The notes beneath the pieces are model-generated. The model did not search any database. It was not told the DNA's origin and was given only the letters and a program-made list of their open reading frames with translations. 64,000 nt of DNA from an uncultured Gemmatimonadales bacterium (GTDB lineage Bacteria > Gemmatimonadota > Gemmatimonadetes > Gemmatimonadales > GWC2-71-9), in assembly GCA_963828735.1 (NCBI GenBank), contig CAWHFW010000001.1, positions 1 to 64,000 on the forward strand. The letters run 5' to 3'. Shown piece by piece: positions 10,694 through 20,275 of the stretch; position 1 is the stretch's first letter; every line of letters starts with the position of its first letter. A program made the position numbers and the translations under genes.

Positions 10694-11529
10694 CGGGTCT
10701 CTTGGGCCTTGAGGGTCAGGACAAAAATGGTCGGCGGGACACCGAAGCGAACGGGCAGGTCGCTGGTGCCGATGCCGGTGGACACGAACAGGTGACGGCC
10801 GCCCTGAACGATGTTCCCGGCCGCGTACCGCTGTCCGTACCTGGAGGGCACGATGGGAGCCCCGATCAGCGGCAGCCGCACCTGACCGCCATGGGTGTGA
10901 CCTGCGAGCGTGAGCAGCGCACGAGGCGGCACGCTCGGGAAGATGTCGGGGTTGTGGGTGAGGACGAGCAGGGGCGCCCCCGGGTCGCGCACAGCGGAAA
11001 GCGCGCGACCGACATCGTGGCGATCGGTCATGAGATCGCTCACGCCCGCGATCCACAGAGGCCCATCGGGCAACCGGACGGCGACAGCCGTATCCTCGAG
11101 CACATGGATGCCGGCCGCTTCCAGCGCGCTTCGCATTTGCCAGTTCCACGAGGCATCGTGGTTGCCCAGCACGGCGAAGACGCCATACGGCGCCCGAAGT
11201 CCGCTCAGCGCCGCGGCAATCGGTGGCGGCGGGACGAAGTGTCCGCCGATGACGCCCAGGGTCACGAAGTCGCCCAGGAGACAGACGATGTCCGGGTGCG
11301 CGGCGTTGGTCCGGGCCACGACCTCCGAAAGTCGTGACACGCCGTAGTAAGGGGAGCCGACGTGCAGATCGCTGAGCACGGCCACCCGCAATGGCCTGCC
11401 GTACGGCCAGGAAACGGCCGGCGCCTCGTCCCGGACCCGCAGGCTCGACGGCTCGAGCCAGAATCCCCAGACCAAGACGGCGATGAGCGCCGCGAGCGCG
11501 AGGCGAGGTATCGTGCGCCTGACCGACAT
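10690..11529 (-). CDS. Membrane-anchored metallophosphoesterase (YkuE/YaeI-like)
   Basis: N-terminal TM ending WLEP, then SDLH, LGDFV, LGNHD, HNPD, AGHTHGGQV, GIGTS. Confidence 0.9.
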   Translation of the reverse strand: MSVRRTIPRLALAALIAVLVWGFWLEPSSLRVRDEAPAVSWPYGRPLRVAVLSDLHVGSPYYGVSRLSEVVARTNAAHPDIVCLLGDFVTLGVIGGHFVPPPPIAAALSGLRAPYGVFAVLGNHDASWNWQMRSALEAAGIHVLEDTAVAVRLPDGPLWIAGVSDLMTDRHDVGRALSAVRDPGAPLLVLTHNPDIFPSVPPRALLTLAGHTHGGQVRLPLIGAPIVPSRYGQRYAAGNIVQGGRHLFVSTGIGTSDLPVRFGVPPTIFVLTLKAQETR

Positions 11530-11579
11530 GGCCGGGTCCGTCCGGGAAAGAGGTCACGAACAATAGTCGAGGCCGGTTG

Positions 11580-12674
11580 ATGTCACCGAACATCCCGCGC
11601 GCCCGCGCTTTAATCGCCCTGTGCTACGGCACCCGCCCCCAGGTGGTGAAGGCGTCGATGCTTTCCCGTGCCCTTCGGCGGGACTGGGAGGTCCTCGCCG
11701 TCGACACGGGTCAGCACTACGACTACGAGCTCAACGGGCTGCTCTACTCTCAGCTCGACATCCCTCGGCCGGACCATTTCCTCGAGGTCGGCTCGGACGC
11801 GCCTGCGACGCAGACCGCGGTCGTCCTGGCTCGGACCGCGGACCTCTTGCGGCGGCGGAGCCCGGCCCTGGTCGTGGTGATCGGTGACACCAACAGCACC
11901 CTCGGCTGTGCTCTGGCCGCAAGCAAGGTGGGACTTCCTCTCGTGCACGTGGAGGCCGGGCTGCGGTCGAATGAGCCGAACCTGCCGGAGGAGGCAAATC
12001 GCCGCGTAGTGGACGTCCTCTCGAACCTGCTTTGCGCGCCGTCCGTCGCGGCGGGCGAGCGTCTGTCCGCTGAACGCCTACCCGGCCGCGTGGTCGTCAC
12101 GGGCGACGTGGCGCGGGACGTCCTCCTGCGGCACCTCGAGCTCGCGCCGGCGCCGTCGGGACGAGATCCCTTCGCCTTTGCGACGGCACATCGCGCGGCG
12201 CTCACGTCCGATCGTGCGGCGCTCGCGGCCCTGTTGTCGGCGCTCGGGGATCTGTCGCTACCGGTGGTGATGCCTCTCCATCCGCGCACTCGCAAGGCTC
12301 TCGAGGAGTTCGGGCTGAGGGAAGCGGTTCCGCCTAATGTCTTGGTCGGCCCCCCCATGGGGTACCTCGAGACGATTGCCGCCGTCCGCGATGCGTCGGT
12401 GGTGCTCACGGACTCCGGAGGGTTGCAACGCGAGGCGTACTGGCTGGGTACGCCGTGCATCACCCTCCGCGGCGAGACGGAGTGGCACGAGACGGTGGCT
12501 GTGGGCGCGAACGCGCTCCTGCCCGCGATCGAAGCCCGCGACCACCTGGCGGGTTTGGTTGTGGAGCAGCAGCGGCGTCGTCAAGAGTCCCCGTGGATTC
12601 CGGATGCATACGGCGACGGGCGGGCCGCTTCCAATATCGGCGCGGCCATCCGGGGGACGCTCGGCGCGGATTGA
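11580..12674 (+). CDS. wecB: Non-hydrolysing UDP-GlcNAc 2-epimerase family protein
   Basis: GTRPQ, TGQHYD, GDTNS, HVEAGLRS, PEEANR, TDSGGLQREA. Confidence 0.9.
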   Translation: MSPNIPRARALIALCYGTRPQVVKASMLSRALRRDWEVLAVDTGQHYDYELNGLLYSQLDIPRPDHFLEVGSDAPATQTAVVLARTADLLRRRSPALVVVIGDTNSTLGCALAASKVGLPLVHVEAGLRSNEPNLPEEANRRVVDVLSNLLCAPSVAAGERLSAERLPGRVVVTGDVARDVLLRHLELAPAPSGRDPFAFATAHRAALTSDRAALAALLSALGDLSLPVVMPLHPRTRKALEEFGLREAVPPNVLVGPPMGYLETIAAVRDASVVLTDSGGLQREAYWLGTPCITLRGETEWHETVAVGANALLPAIEARDHLAGLVVEQQRRRQESPWIPDAYGDGRAASNIGAAIRGTLGAD

Positions 12675-12953
12675 CGGACCCCGGCGCGGTGCGAGGCGCT
12701 CCTCGGCATCTGCTCAAGCTGTTCGTGATCCCCACCGTGTACGAGATCTCGATAACTCACCGACCTGGCTCCTGGTCACGTTCGAGCCAACCCGGGCGCA
12801 GGCGCACGTCGGAGTCCAGACGACGGTGACGGTGCCGTCGCGCTCGGACTAGCGACCGCCGGCCGGTTGCCGCCGCCCCGCCGTCCCGACTAGCTTCCCG
12901 TCCGCGCCGCGTCCCGCGGACGTCCACCCCATCACACTCTGGTTTCAGGGCTT

Positions 12954-14450
12954 ATGCCGTTCGAGACCGCCGTACTCTCCAGCGCTCCGGCGGGGTTCGA
13001 TACCCCGCTTCTCGCGGTCGCCGTGCCTCGAGGCGCGCTCCCGCCGTCGCTCGCGGCACTCGACCAGGGCACCGGCGGCGCGCTGGCCCGGCTGTTCGCC
13101 GCCGGCGACTTCACCGGCAAGAAGGACGAGACCGCGCTCATCTATCCGCCGGGACCGGCCCCCCGGCTCATCGTTGTCGGGGTGGGGAAGCCCGACGAGG
13201 TGTCCCGGGGAACGATCCGCCGCGCCGCCGCCGCCTCAGCGAAGCGAGCGCGAAGCCTCGGAGTGCCGCGCGCGGCGTTCCACCTGGTCGCCGAAGCGCT
13301 CGGCGCCATCTCGCCAGCCGACGCGGGGCAGGCGATCGCCGAGGGCCTGGCCCAGGGGGCCTGGCAGTACAACGAGATGAAGCGGCCCTCGGACGACGAG
13401 AAGCCGGCGCTCGAACGGATCGACATCCTCGCGCCGGCCTCCACCGACGCCCTCGCTGCCGGGCATCGGATCGGCGCGGCCATCGGCGCCGGCCAGACCG
13501 TCGCGCGCGGCATCCAGGTGCTGCCGGGGAACGTCTGCACGCCGTCCTACGTGGCCCGCACCGCGGAAGCGATCGGCAAGCGCCACGGGTTCGCCGTGAC
13601 CGTGCTCGACAAGGCGGCCATCGTGCGCGAGAAGATGGGCGCCCTCATGGCGGTGGCGCAGGGAAGCGCCGAAGAGCCGCGGTTCATCGCGCTCGAGTAC
13701 CAGGGCGCCGAGGGGCCGCCGGTGGTGCTGGTGGGCAAGGGCGTGACGTTCGACACCGGCGGCATCTCGATCAAGCCGGCGCAGAACATGGAAGACATGA
13801 AGTACGACATGTCCGGCGCCGCCGCGGTGCTCGGCACCTTCGAGGTCCTCGGCCGCCTCAAGCCGGCCGTGCACGTCGTGGGCCTGATCCCGAGCACGGA
13901 GAACATGCCGAGCGGGACGGCGGTCAAGCCCGGCGACGTGATCACGAGCATGTCGGGCAAGACCATCGAGGTCATCAATACCGACGCCGAAGGCCGCCTC
14001 ATCCTGTGCGACGCGCTCGCGTACGCGCGGCGCTACCAGCCGGCGTGCGTGCTCGACATCGCGACCCTGACCGGTGCGATCGTGGTGGCCCTCGGCCACA
14101 CGGCTAGCGGCGTCATGGGCACGGACGAGCGCCTGATCGAGGACGTGCGGACCGCTGGGGAGCGGGCGGGTGAGCGGGTGTGGCCCCTCCCCCTCTGGGA
14201 CGAGTACCGCGACCTCATGAAGTCGGATATCGCGGACGTGAAGAACGCCGGAGGGCGCCCCGCCGGGAGCATCTCGGCGGGCTGGTTCCTGCGCGAGTTC
14301 GTGGACGGATTCCCGTGGGCCCATCTCGACATCGCGGGCACCGCGTACACCGACCGCGAGGACGCGACGCGGGTCAAGGGGCCGACCGGAGTCGGAGTGC
14401 GACTCTTCAGCGAGTTCGTGCTGGGCCGGCAGGGCGCGGGGGCACGCTGA
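12954..14450 (+). CDS. pepA: Leucyl aminopeptidase (M17)
   Basis: VGKGVTFDTGG, MKYDMSGAA, NTDAEGRL, DIATLTGA, WAHLDIAGT. Confidence 0.95.
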   Translation: MPFETAVLSSAPAGFDTPLLAVAVPRGALPPSLAALDQGTGGALARLFAAGDFTGKKDETALIYPPGPAPRLIVVGVGKPDEVSRGTIRRAAAASAKRARSLGVPRAAFHLVAEALGAISPADAGQAIAEGLAQGAWQYNEMKRPSDDEKPALERIDILAPASTDALAAGHRIGAAIGAGQTVARGIQVLPGNVCTPSYVARTAEAIGKRHGFAVTVLDKAAIVREKMGALMAVAQGSAEEPRFIALEYQGAEGPPVVLVGKGVTFDTGGISIKPAQNMEDMKYDMSGAAAVLGTFEVLGRLKPAVHVVGLIPSTENMPSGTAVKPGDVITSMSGKTIEVINTDAEGRLILCDALAYARRYQPACVLDIATLTGAIVVALGHTASGVMGTDERLIEDVRTAGERAGERVWPLPLWDEYRDLMKSDIADVKNAGGRPAGSISAGWFLREFVDGFPWAHLDIAGTAYTDREDATRVKGPTGVGVRLFSEFVLGRQGAGAR

Positions 14451-16282
14451 CGGCGAAAGCGCGTCGGGCCGTCGGCGCGTCGCTGACAGCGACTCGCTTC
14501 CTGGCCGTGCTCGCCTGGCTCCTCTGCCTCGCACGCGGGGCGCAGGCGCAGATCATCCAGGATACGCTCGCCGCCGACACGCTCGCCGACACCGTCGACT
14601 ACACGGCCCGCTATCTCCGCGCCCAGGAGCAGGGGGAAGTGCGTGTCCCGGTGATGCCGCAGCTTGCGCCGATCGGGCCCCGGCCCGCGCTCACCCGCAT
14701 CGTCTTCACGCGCGACTCGATCGAATGGCTGAACGGGGCCACCGTCGGGGACCTGCTCTCGCAGGTGCCCGGCGTGTACATCTGGCGCGGCGGGTTCACC
14801 GGCCGCCCGGAGCTGGTGAACTTCCAGGGCAGAGGGGCCACCGCGGCCGAGTACTTCCTGGACGGCGTGCCGTACCTCGCCGCGGGCATCGACAGCGTGG
14901 CGGTGGATCCCGCGCTGTTCTCGATCACGTTTCTCGATCGCGTCGAGGTGGAGCGATGGCCCGGGGTCCTGCGGGTCCACCTCTTCACGCGGCGCCACGA
15001 TCGGGCGGCGCCGCGCTCACGGGTCGGCATCGCCAGGGGTGATCGCGATTTCGCCCGGTACGAGGGCGATTTCGAGCGGCGCTTTACCAATGGCATCGGC
15101 CTCGTGCTGTCGGCGGACTACCTCGATTCCCCGACGGCCAGCGGCACCAGCAGCAGCTACTCGAATACGCAGGTGTGGGCCCAGGGCAGCTACGTCCCGT
15201 CCGCCAAATTCGGCGTGCAGTACCAGCTGGTACGCTCCCAGCCCAAGCGGCGGGCCTTCACCATCTCCGGCACCACCACCAACGACACCATCGGCGTGGG
15301 ATACAAGGCCACCCGCAGCGACGCGCAGCTGCGCATGTCCCTGCGATCGCGGGGCGACGGGACCGGGACGGGGCTCGACCTGATCTACGCGCGCTCGGCC
15401 TGGGACGGCCAGTCGATCGACCAGCAGATCGACCAGCTCGGCGGCAATCTCTCCTTTCGCGCGTCCGACTTCTCGCTGGGCGCCTCCGGATACTACCGCA
15501 CGCGCTGGACCCCGATGGACCTCCACGCGAACTTCGGCTTCACCCCCGCCGGGCCTCTGACCGTGAGCGCCGAAGGGGTGCTGCAACACCATTTCGGCGG
15601 CCGCTCCAGCAAGTACGTGCAGGTCGCCGCCGGTCTGCAGCCCGTGCGCGGGCTGGCGCTGACGGGAAGCGCGCGTCTGGGCGATCTCGTGGCGGCGCCG
15701 TCCGTGCTCACCGATACCGCGCAGCAGATCCGCGACTTCTCCGCGCAGCTCGGCTGGGATCGCGGCAGGCTGGGTTTCCTGGTTGCCTACGACCGTACGT
15801 CGGCGTTCAACCCGTTTTCGTACTCGGATTTCCCTCTGGTGCCGCTGCTCGCGCCGTCGAGCCAGGTGGATTGGATCACGTTGAGCGCGCGCCTGGCGCC
15901 CGTCCAGTGGATCACTCTCCAGGGCTGGTACAGCGATCCCAAGAAGGGCACCGCCGACGGCGTGCCGCCCACCCACTCGCTGGTGACCGCGACCATCCGG
16001 TCCAAGTTCTGGCGGACCTTTCGCAGCGGCATCTTCGACTTGAAGCTGCAGCTCGGGATGGAGACGTGGGGACAGGGCACCATCGGCCGGACCACGGGCG
16101 GTGAGCCCATCAATCTGAGGGGCGCCACGTTCTTCTCGACCCAGGTCGAGATGCAGCTGCAGAGCTTTACGGTGTATTGGAACCGGAACAACATCGCCGC
16201 CGCCAGGCTCACTTATGTACCGGGATTTCGATTGCCGGCGTACGGCAGCAACTTTGGCGTGAGGTGGGAGTTCCTGAACTAG
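14447..16282 (+). CDS. Outer-membrane protein with TonB-dependent-receptor-like plug domain and beta-barrel
   Basis: Signal peptide ending AQA, plug motifs GDLLSQVPGV and YFLDGVP...LDRVEV, amphipathic strands, C-terminal GVRWEFLN. Start is uncertain (CTG 14447 or GTG 14507). Confidence 0.7.
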   Translation: MTAKARRAVGASLTATRFLAVLAWLLCLARGAQAQIIQDTLAADTLADTVDYTARYLRAQEQGEVRVPVMPQLAPIGPRPALTRIVFTRDSIEWLNGATVGDLLSQVPGVYIWRGGFTGRPELVNFQGRGATAAEYFLDGVPYLAAGIDSVAVDPALFSITFLDRVEVERWPGVLRVHLFTRRHDRAAPRSRVGIARGDRDFARYEGDFERRFTNGIGLVLSADYLDSPTASGTSSSYSNTQVWAQGSYVPSAKFGVQYQLVRSQPKRRAFTISGTTTNDTIGVGYKATRSDAQLRMSLRSRGDGTGTGLDLIYARSAWDGQSIDQQIDQLGGNLSFRASDFSLGASGYYRTRWTPMDLHANFGFTPAGPLTVSAEGVLQHHFGGRSSKYVQVAAGLQPVRGLALTGSARLGDLVAAPSVLTDTAQQIRDFSAQLGWDRGRLGFLVAYDRTSAFNPFSYSDFPLVPLLAPSSQVDWITLSARLAPVQWITLQGWYSDPKKGTADGVPPTHSLVTATIRSKFWRTFRSGIFDLKLQLGMETWGQGTIGRTTGGEPINLRGATFFSTQVEMQLQSFTVYWNRNNIAAARLTYVPGFRLPAYGSNFGVRWEFLN

Positions 16283-16468
16283 GTGAGCTCAAGCGCGTAA
16301 CTTGTTGTCTCGAAATCAGCTTAATTGTAAGTCATTTCGCGGCATGAGAAGTCGCCGACCGGGCCGGGGCATCGAGCCCGGCCGTCTTCGCGGACTTTGC
16401 CCCGCACCCTACCAGCCGTCCCGTATCACGAGTAAATTTGAAGGCTTTCCCGGTATCACGGAGGCGCG

Positions 16469-17344
16469 TTGCCCAACAGCATGACGGGGTTCGGCGCAGC
16501 AGAGGGCCCCGTGGGCGGAGGCCGTCTCCGGGTCGAGATCCGGACCGTCAACCACCGCTATTTCAACCTCGCGCCGAAGCTGCCTGCGGATCTGAGCAGC
16601 CTCGAGGGTGAGATGCGTGAGCGCCTGCGCCGGGAGTTCGATCGAGGGCACGTGGCGGTGCAGGCGCGCTGGGCCGAGTACCCCGAGCGCACCAGCGGGT
16701 TCACCGTGGACCTCGATCGTGCCCGCATGGTCGCGGCGCGCCTCCGGGAGATGCAGGCGGCGCTTGGGCTCACCGGAGACGTGACGCTCGACCTCGTCGC
16801 CCGCCAGCCGGACGTGCTGTCCACGGCAGGCGACGGAGCGGCGCCGGTGGTTTGGAGTGAGGTCGAGCCCGTCGTGGCGCAGGCGGCCGCCGAGTGCCGG
16901 GCGATGCGAGCCCGCGAGGGTGAGGCGCTCGCGACGGAGCTCCGGCACCGCGTGGACCTGCTGGAGCAGGCCGCGGCCGTCATCGCGCGGCTCGCCCCGG
17001 AGCGCCTGGTCCGTGAGCGCGACCGCCTGCGCGGGGCCGTCGCGGAGCTGCTCGACGGCCGCCAGCCGGATGAAACCCGGCTCGCGCAGGAGATCGCGTT
17101 TCAGGCCGACCGCCTCGACATCACCGAGGAGCTGGTGCGCTTCCGGGCGCACGTCGCGGCGGTCCGTGACGCGCTCGTCGCGCCGAAAGCGGTGGGCAAG
17201 CAGCTCGGCTTCCTCGCGCAGGAGCTCGGACGCGAGGTGAACACGATGGGGTCCAAGGCGAACGACGCGGAGATCGCGCAGCAGGTGATCGCCATGAAGG
17301 GCGAGCTCGAGAAGTTCCGGGAACAGCTCGAGAACCTCGAGTGA
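16469..17344 (+). CDS. yicC: YicC/YloC family endoribonuclease
   Basis: SMTGFG, VNHRY, DITEELVRF, GKQLGFLAQELGREVNTMGSK, EQLENLE. GGAGG precedes the TTG start. Confidence 0.95.
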   Translation: MPNSMTGFGAAEGPVGGGRLRVEIRTVNHRYFNLAPKLPADLSSLEGEMRERLRREFDRGHVAVQARWAEYPERTSGFTVDLDRARMVAARLREMQAALGLTGDVTLDLVARQPDVLSTAGDGAAPVVWSEVEPVVAQAAAECRAMRAREGEALATELRHRVDLLEQAAAVIARLAPERLVRERDRLRGAVAELLDGRQPDETRLAQEIAFQADRLDITEELVRFRAHVAAVRDALVAPKAVGKQLGFLAQELGREVNTMGSKANDAEIAQQVIAMKGELEKFREQLENLE

Positions 17345-17988
17345 CGCCGTTCCTGCTCGTCCTGTCGTCGCCGTCGGGCGGCGGGAAGACCAGCATCGCG
17401 AAGAGCCTGCTGCGAGCGCGCGACGATGTCGCCTACTCGGTGTCGGCCACGACCCGGCCGCGCCGCGAGGGCGAGCGGGACGGCGTGGACTACCACTTCA
17501 TCCCGCGCGAGGAGTTCCTGCGGCGGGTGGAGGCCGGCGAGTTCCTCGAGTGGGCCACCTACGCCGGCCATCTGTACGGGACGCTCGGGGGCGAGATCGA
17601 CCGGATCGTGAGCCGCGGCCGCACGGCGGTGCTCGACGTCGAGGTCGAGGGCGCGCGCCAGATCCGGGCGACGTTTCCGAACTCGCTCCACGTGTTCGTG
17701 CTGCCGCCGTCGGCCGACGTGCTCATCGGGCGGCTCGCCGGCCGGAACACCGAGCCGGCGGCGGTCATCCAGGAGCGGATCACCCGGGCGGCCGACGAGC
17801 TGGCCGCCGTGGCGGAGTACGACTACGCCATCATCAACGAGGACCTCGTCGTCGCCGTGGCGCAGGTGGCCGCCATCCTCGACGCGGAGTCCCGGCGGGT
17901 CGCCCGGCAGGACGGGCTCGCCGCGTTCATCGAGCGACTGCGGCGCGACGTGATCGCCTCCGCGTCGCGGATCGTCTCGTCGGCCTGA
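17341..17988 (+). CDS. gmk: Guanylate kinase
   Basis: SSPSGGGKT, SATTRPRREGERDGVDYHF, YGT. Confidence 0.95.
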   Translation: MTPFLLVLSSPSGGGKTSIAKSLLRARDDVAYSVSATTRPRREGERDGVDYHFIPREEFLRRVEAGEFLEWATYAGHLYGTLGGEIDRIVSRGRTAVLDVEVEGARQIRATFPNSLHVFVLPPSADVLIGRLAGRNTEPAAVIQERITRAADELAAVAEYDYAIINEDLVVAVAQVAAILDAESRRVARQDGLAAFIERLRRDVIASASRIVSSA

Positions 17989-18031
17989 CTCGGGCTTCGA
18001 GTGCCTGCCCCAGCCTCTTGAAGGAGAGACC

Positions 18032-18244
18032 ATGCGCATCACCACGCCCTCGGAAGTGGCCCGCCAGGCCGGGAACAAGTATCTCGGCGTTCTCGTCGCC
18101 GCGAAGTTCGCGCGCTACCTGAACGAGTTCCCCAAGGACCAGCTCGCGGCCACCGGCGAGAAGCTCACGACGCAGGCGCTGCAGTCGCTCGTCGAGGGCG
18201 AGCTCAACTACAAGCTCGTCCGCCGGCGTCGTTCCGAGGCGTGA
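18032..18244 (+). CDS. rpoZ: RNA polymerase omega subunit
   Basis: NKYLGVLVAAKFAR, AAGGAG SD, and the conserved gmk-rpoZ-coaBC position. Confidence 0.85.
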   Translation: MRITTPSEVARQAGNKYLGVLVAAKFARYLNEFPKDQLAATGEKLTTQALQSLVEGELNYKLVRRRRSEA

Positions 18245-19446
18245 GCGTCTGGGCCGGCCGCCGCGTCGTTCTCGGCGTGTCGGGCGGGATCGCCTGCTAT
18301 AAGAGCTGCACGCTGGCGCGACGCCTCGCGGAGGCGGGCGCGCAGGTCGACGTCATCCTCACGCAGAGCGCCGCCGAGTTCGTTCGGCCGCTCACGTTCG
18401 AGGCGCTCACCGGGCGCCCCGTCCTCGGCTCGTTGTGGGAGCCGGGCGGGGCGCTCTCCCACATCCGGCTCGGGCAGCAGGCAGACCTCGTCCTGGTGGC
18501 GCCGGCGACCGCCCACCTGATCGCGCGGATGGCGCAGGGCCTGGCGGACGACCTCCTCACGACCCTGCTGATGGCCGCCGTCTCGCCGGTGCTGCTGGCG
18601 CCGGCGATGAACGACGAGATGTACGCCCATCCCCAAACCCAGGCCAACCTCGATCGGCTCCGGATGCGCGGTGTGGGCTTCGTGGGTCCCGAGATCGGGC
18701 CGCTTGCGGAGGGCCCGTCCGAGCGACCGGGACGGATGAGCGAGCCCGAAGCGATCCTGGCGCACGCGGCGCGATTCGTCCGCGGGAGCGCGGGGCCATT
18801 GCGCGACCGCCGCGTGGTGGTGACCGCGGGGCCGACGCGCGAGAGCATCGATCCGGTGCGGGTCGTGACCAACCGGTCGAGCGGGAAGATGGGATACCGC
18901 GTGGCCGAAGCGGCGTGGGAGCGCGGCGCCGACGTCGTGCTCATCTCCGGGCCCGTCGCGCTGGCGCCGCCCATCGGGGTACGGCTCCGCCGGGTGGAGA
19001 CCACCGCGGAGCTCGAGTCGGCGGTGCGCGAGGAGCTCCCGGGCGCCGATGTGCTGGTGATGGCGGCGGCGCCGGCCGACTTTCGTCCCAGCGACCCGAG
19101 CGACAGCAAGCGCGCCCGGAACGACGGGGCTCTCGCGATCCCGATGGAGCCCACGGTGGACATTCTGAGCGCCACGCACGGCGAGCGACGTCCCGGAAGC
19201 GTCATCGTCGGCTTCGCGCTCGAGACGGGCGATGCGCTGGCGAAGGGCCGCGCCAAGCTCGAGCGGAAGGACCTGGACCTCATCGTCGTCAACGACGCGC
19301 TCGAGCGCGGCGCGGGCTTCGACGTGGACACCAACCGGGTGGCGCTGCTCGACCGCGACGGCGCGCCGCAGATCCTGCCGCTGCAGTCGAAGCGCGACGT
19401 GGCCGAAGCCATCCTGGACGCCGTGGAGCGCAGCCTTGGCCGATGA
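18241..19446 (+). CDS. coaBC: Phosphopantothenoylcysteine decarboxylase/ligase
   Basis: GVSGGIACYK, APAMN, TAGPTRESIDPVR..NRSSGKMG, GFALE. Confidence 0.95.
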   Translation: MSVWAGRRVVLGVSGGIACYKSCTLARRLAEAGAQVDVILTQSAAEFVRPLTFEALTGRPVLGSLWEPGGALSHIRLGQQADLVLVAPATAHLIARMAQGLADDLLTTLLMAAVSPVLLAPAMNDEMYAHPQTQANLDRLRMRGVGFVGPEIGPLAEGPSERPGRMSEPEAILAHAARFVRGSAGPLRDRRVVVTAGPTRESIDPVRVVTNRSSGKMGYRVAEAAWERGADVVLISGPVALAPPIGVRLRRVETTAELESAVREELPGADVLVMAAAPADFRPSDPSDSKRARNDGALAIPMEPTVDILSATHGERRPGSVIVGFALETGDALAKGRAKLERKDLDLIVVNDALERGAGFDVDTNRVALLDRDGAPQILPLQSKRDVAEAILDAVERSLGR

Positions 19447-20275
19447 ACGGGCCCGTTATCTTGCGCAGCAAATCGAGCTCGGCGGGGCCGAGGTGATCCT
19501 CGGCCGACCGACCGCGCCGACGCAGCCAACGGAATCGATGCCCATCGATCGCTCTTCCAGCGACGCGCCTCGACCCTCGGACGCCGCCGCCGCGCCCGCC
19601 GCCGTACCGGGCGCCACACCCTCGGGGACCGAGCCCAAGTGGAAGAAGGGCGCGCCGCCGATTCCGGGACCGGGACTCACGGTGCTGTCGCCCGCGCCAG
19701 TGCTCCTCGGCAACGACCTCGGCGCGCTGGACACGATCGAGGCCGTGGCCGAGCGGATCCGCACCACGTACTGCTGCGAGCTGTGCCCCCACCGCACCAA
19801 CGCCGTCCCCGGCGAGGGCAATCCGCGGGCACGCATGGTCCTGGTGGGCGAAGGCCCCGGGGCCACCGAGGACGCGACGGGCAGGCCGTTCGTCGGGCAG
19901 GCGGGTCAGCTGCTGGACACGATTCTCGAGGCTATTGAAGTCCCGCGAACTTCGGTGTACATCACCAACATCGTGAAGTGCCGTCCGCCCCAGAACCGAA
20001 AGCCCTTGCCGGATGAGATCGCCGCCTGTATCCCCTATCTCCACCGCCAGCTCGACCTCATCGCGCCGAAGGTGATCCTCGCGATGGGCGGGACGGCCGG
20101 CGAAGCGATGCTCGGCGTGCGCAAGAGTCTGGGAGAGCTCCGGGGCAAGGTGCACACGTACAACGGCATTCCGCTGATCGTGACGTACCATCCCGCGGCG
20201 CTGCTCCGCAACCCGAACTGGAAGAAGCCGACCTGGGATGACGTCCGTATCGCCCGACAACTTCTCGACCGCTGA
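19436..20275 (+). CDS. udg: Uracil-DNA glycosylase family 4 (Fe-S)
   Basis: CELC, VGEGPG, PFVGQAG, NIVKCRPPQNR, TYHPAALLR. TTG start at 19436 is inferred. Confidence 0.9.
   Translation: MADERARYLAQQIELGGAEVILGRPTAPTQPTESMPIDRSSSDAPRPSDAAAAPAAVPGATPSGTEPKWKKGAPPIPGPGLTVLSPAPVLLGNDLGALDTIEAVAERIRTTYCCELCPHRTNAVPGEGNPRARMVLVGEGPGATEDATGRPFVGQAGQLLDTILEAIEVPRTSVYITNIVKCRPPQNRKPLPDEIAACIPYLHRQLDLIAPKVILAMGGTAGEAMLGVRKSLGELRGKVHTYNGIPLIVTYHPAALLRNPNWKKPTWDDVRIARQLLDR

Noticed and set aside
12671..12852. Possible small protein after wecB (LLKLFVIPTVYEISI.../TWLLVTFEP...)
   Set aside because: It needs a frame change of opposite sign to the other indels and has no recognisable family. Possible but unsupported.
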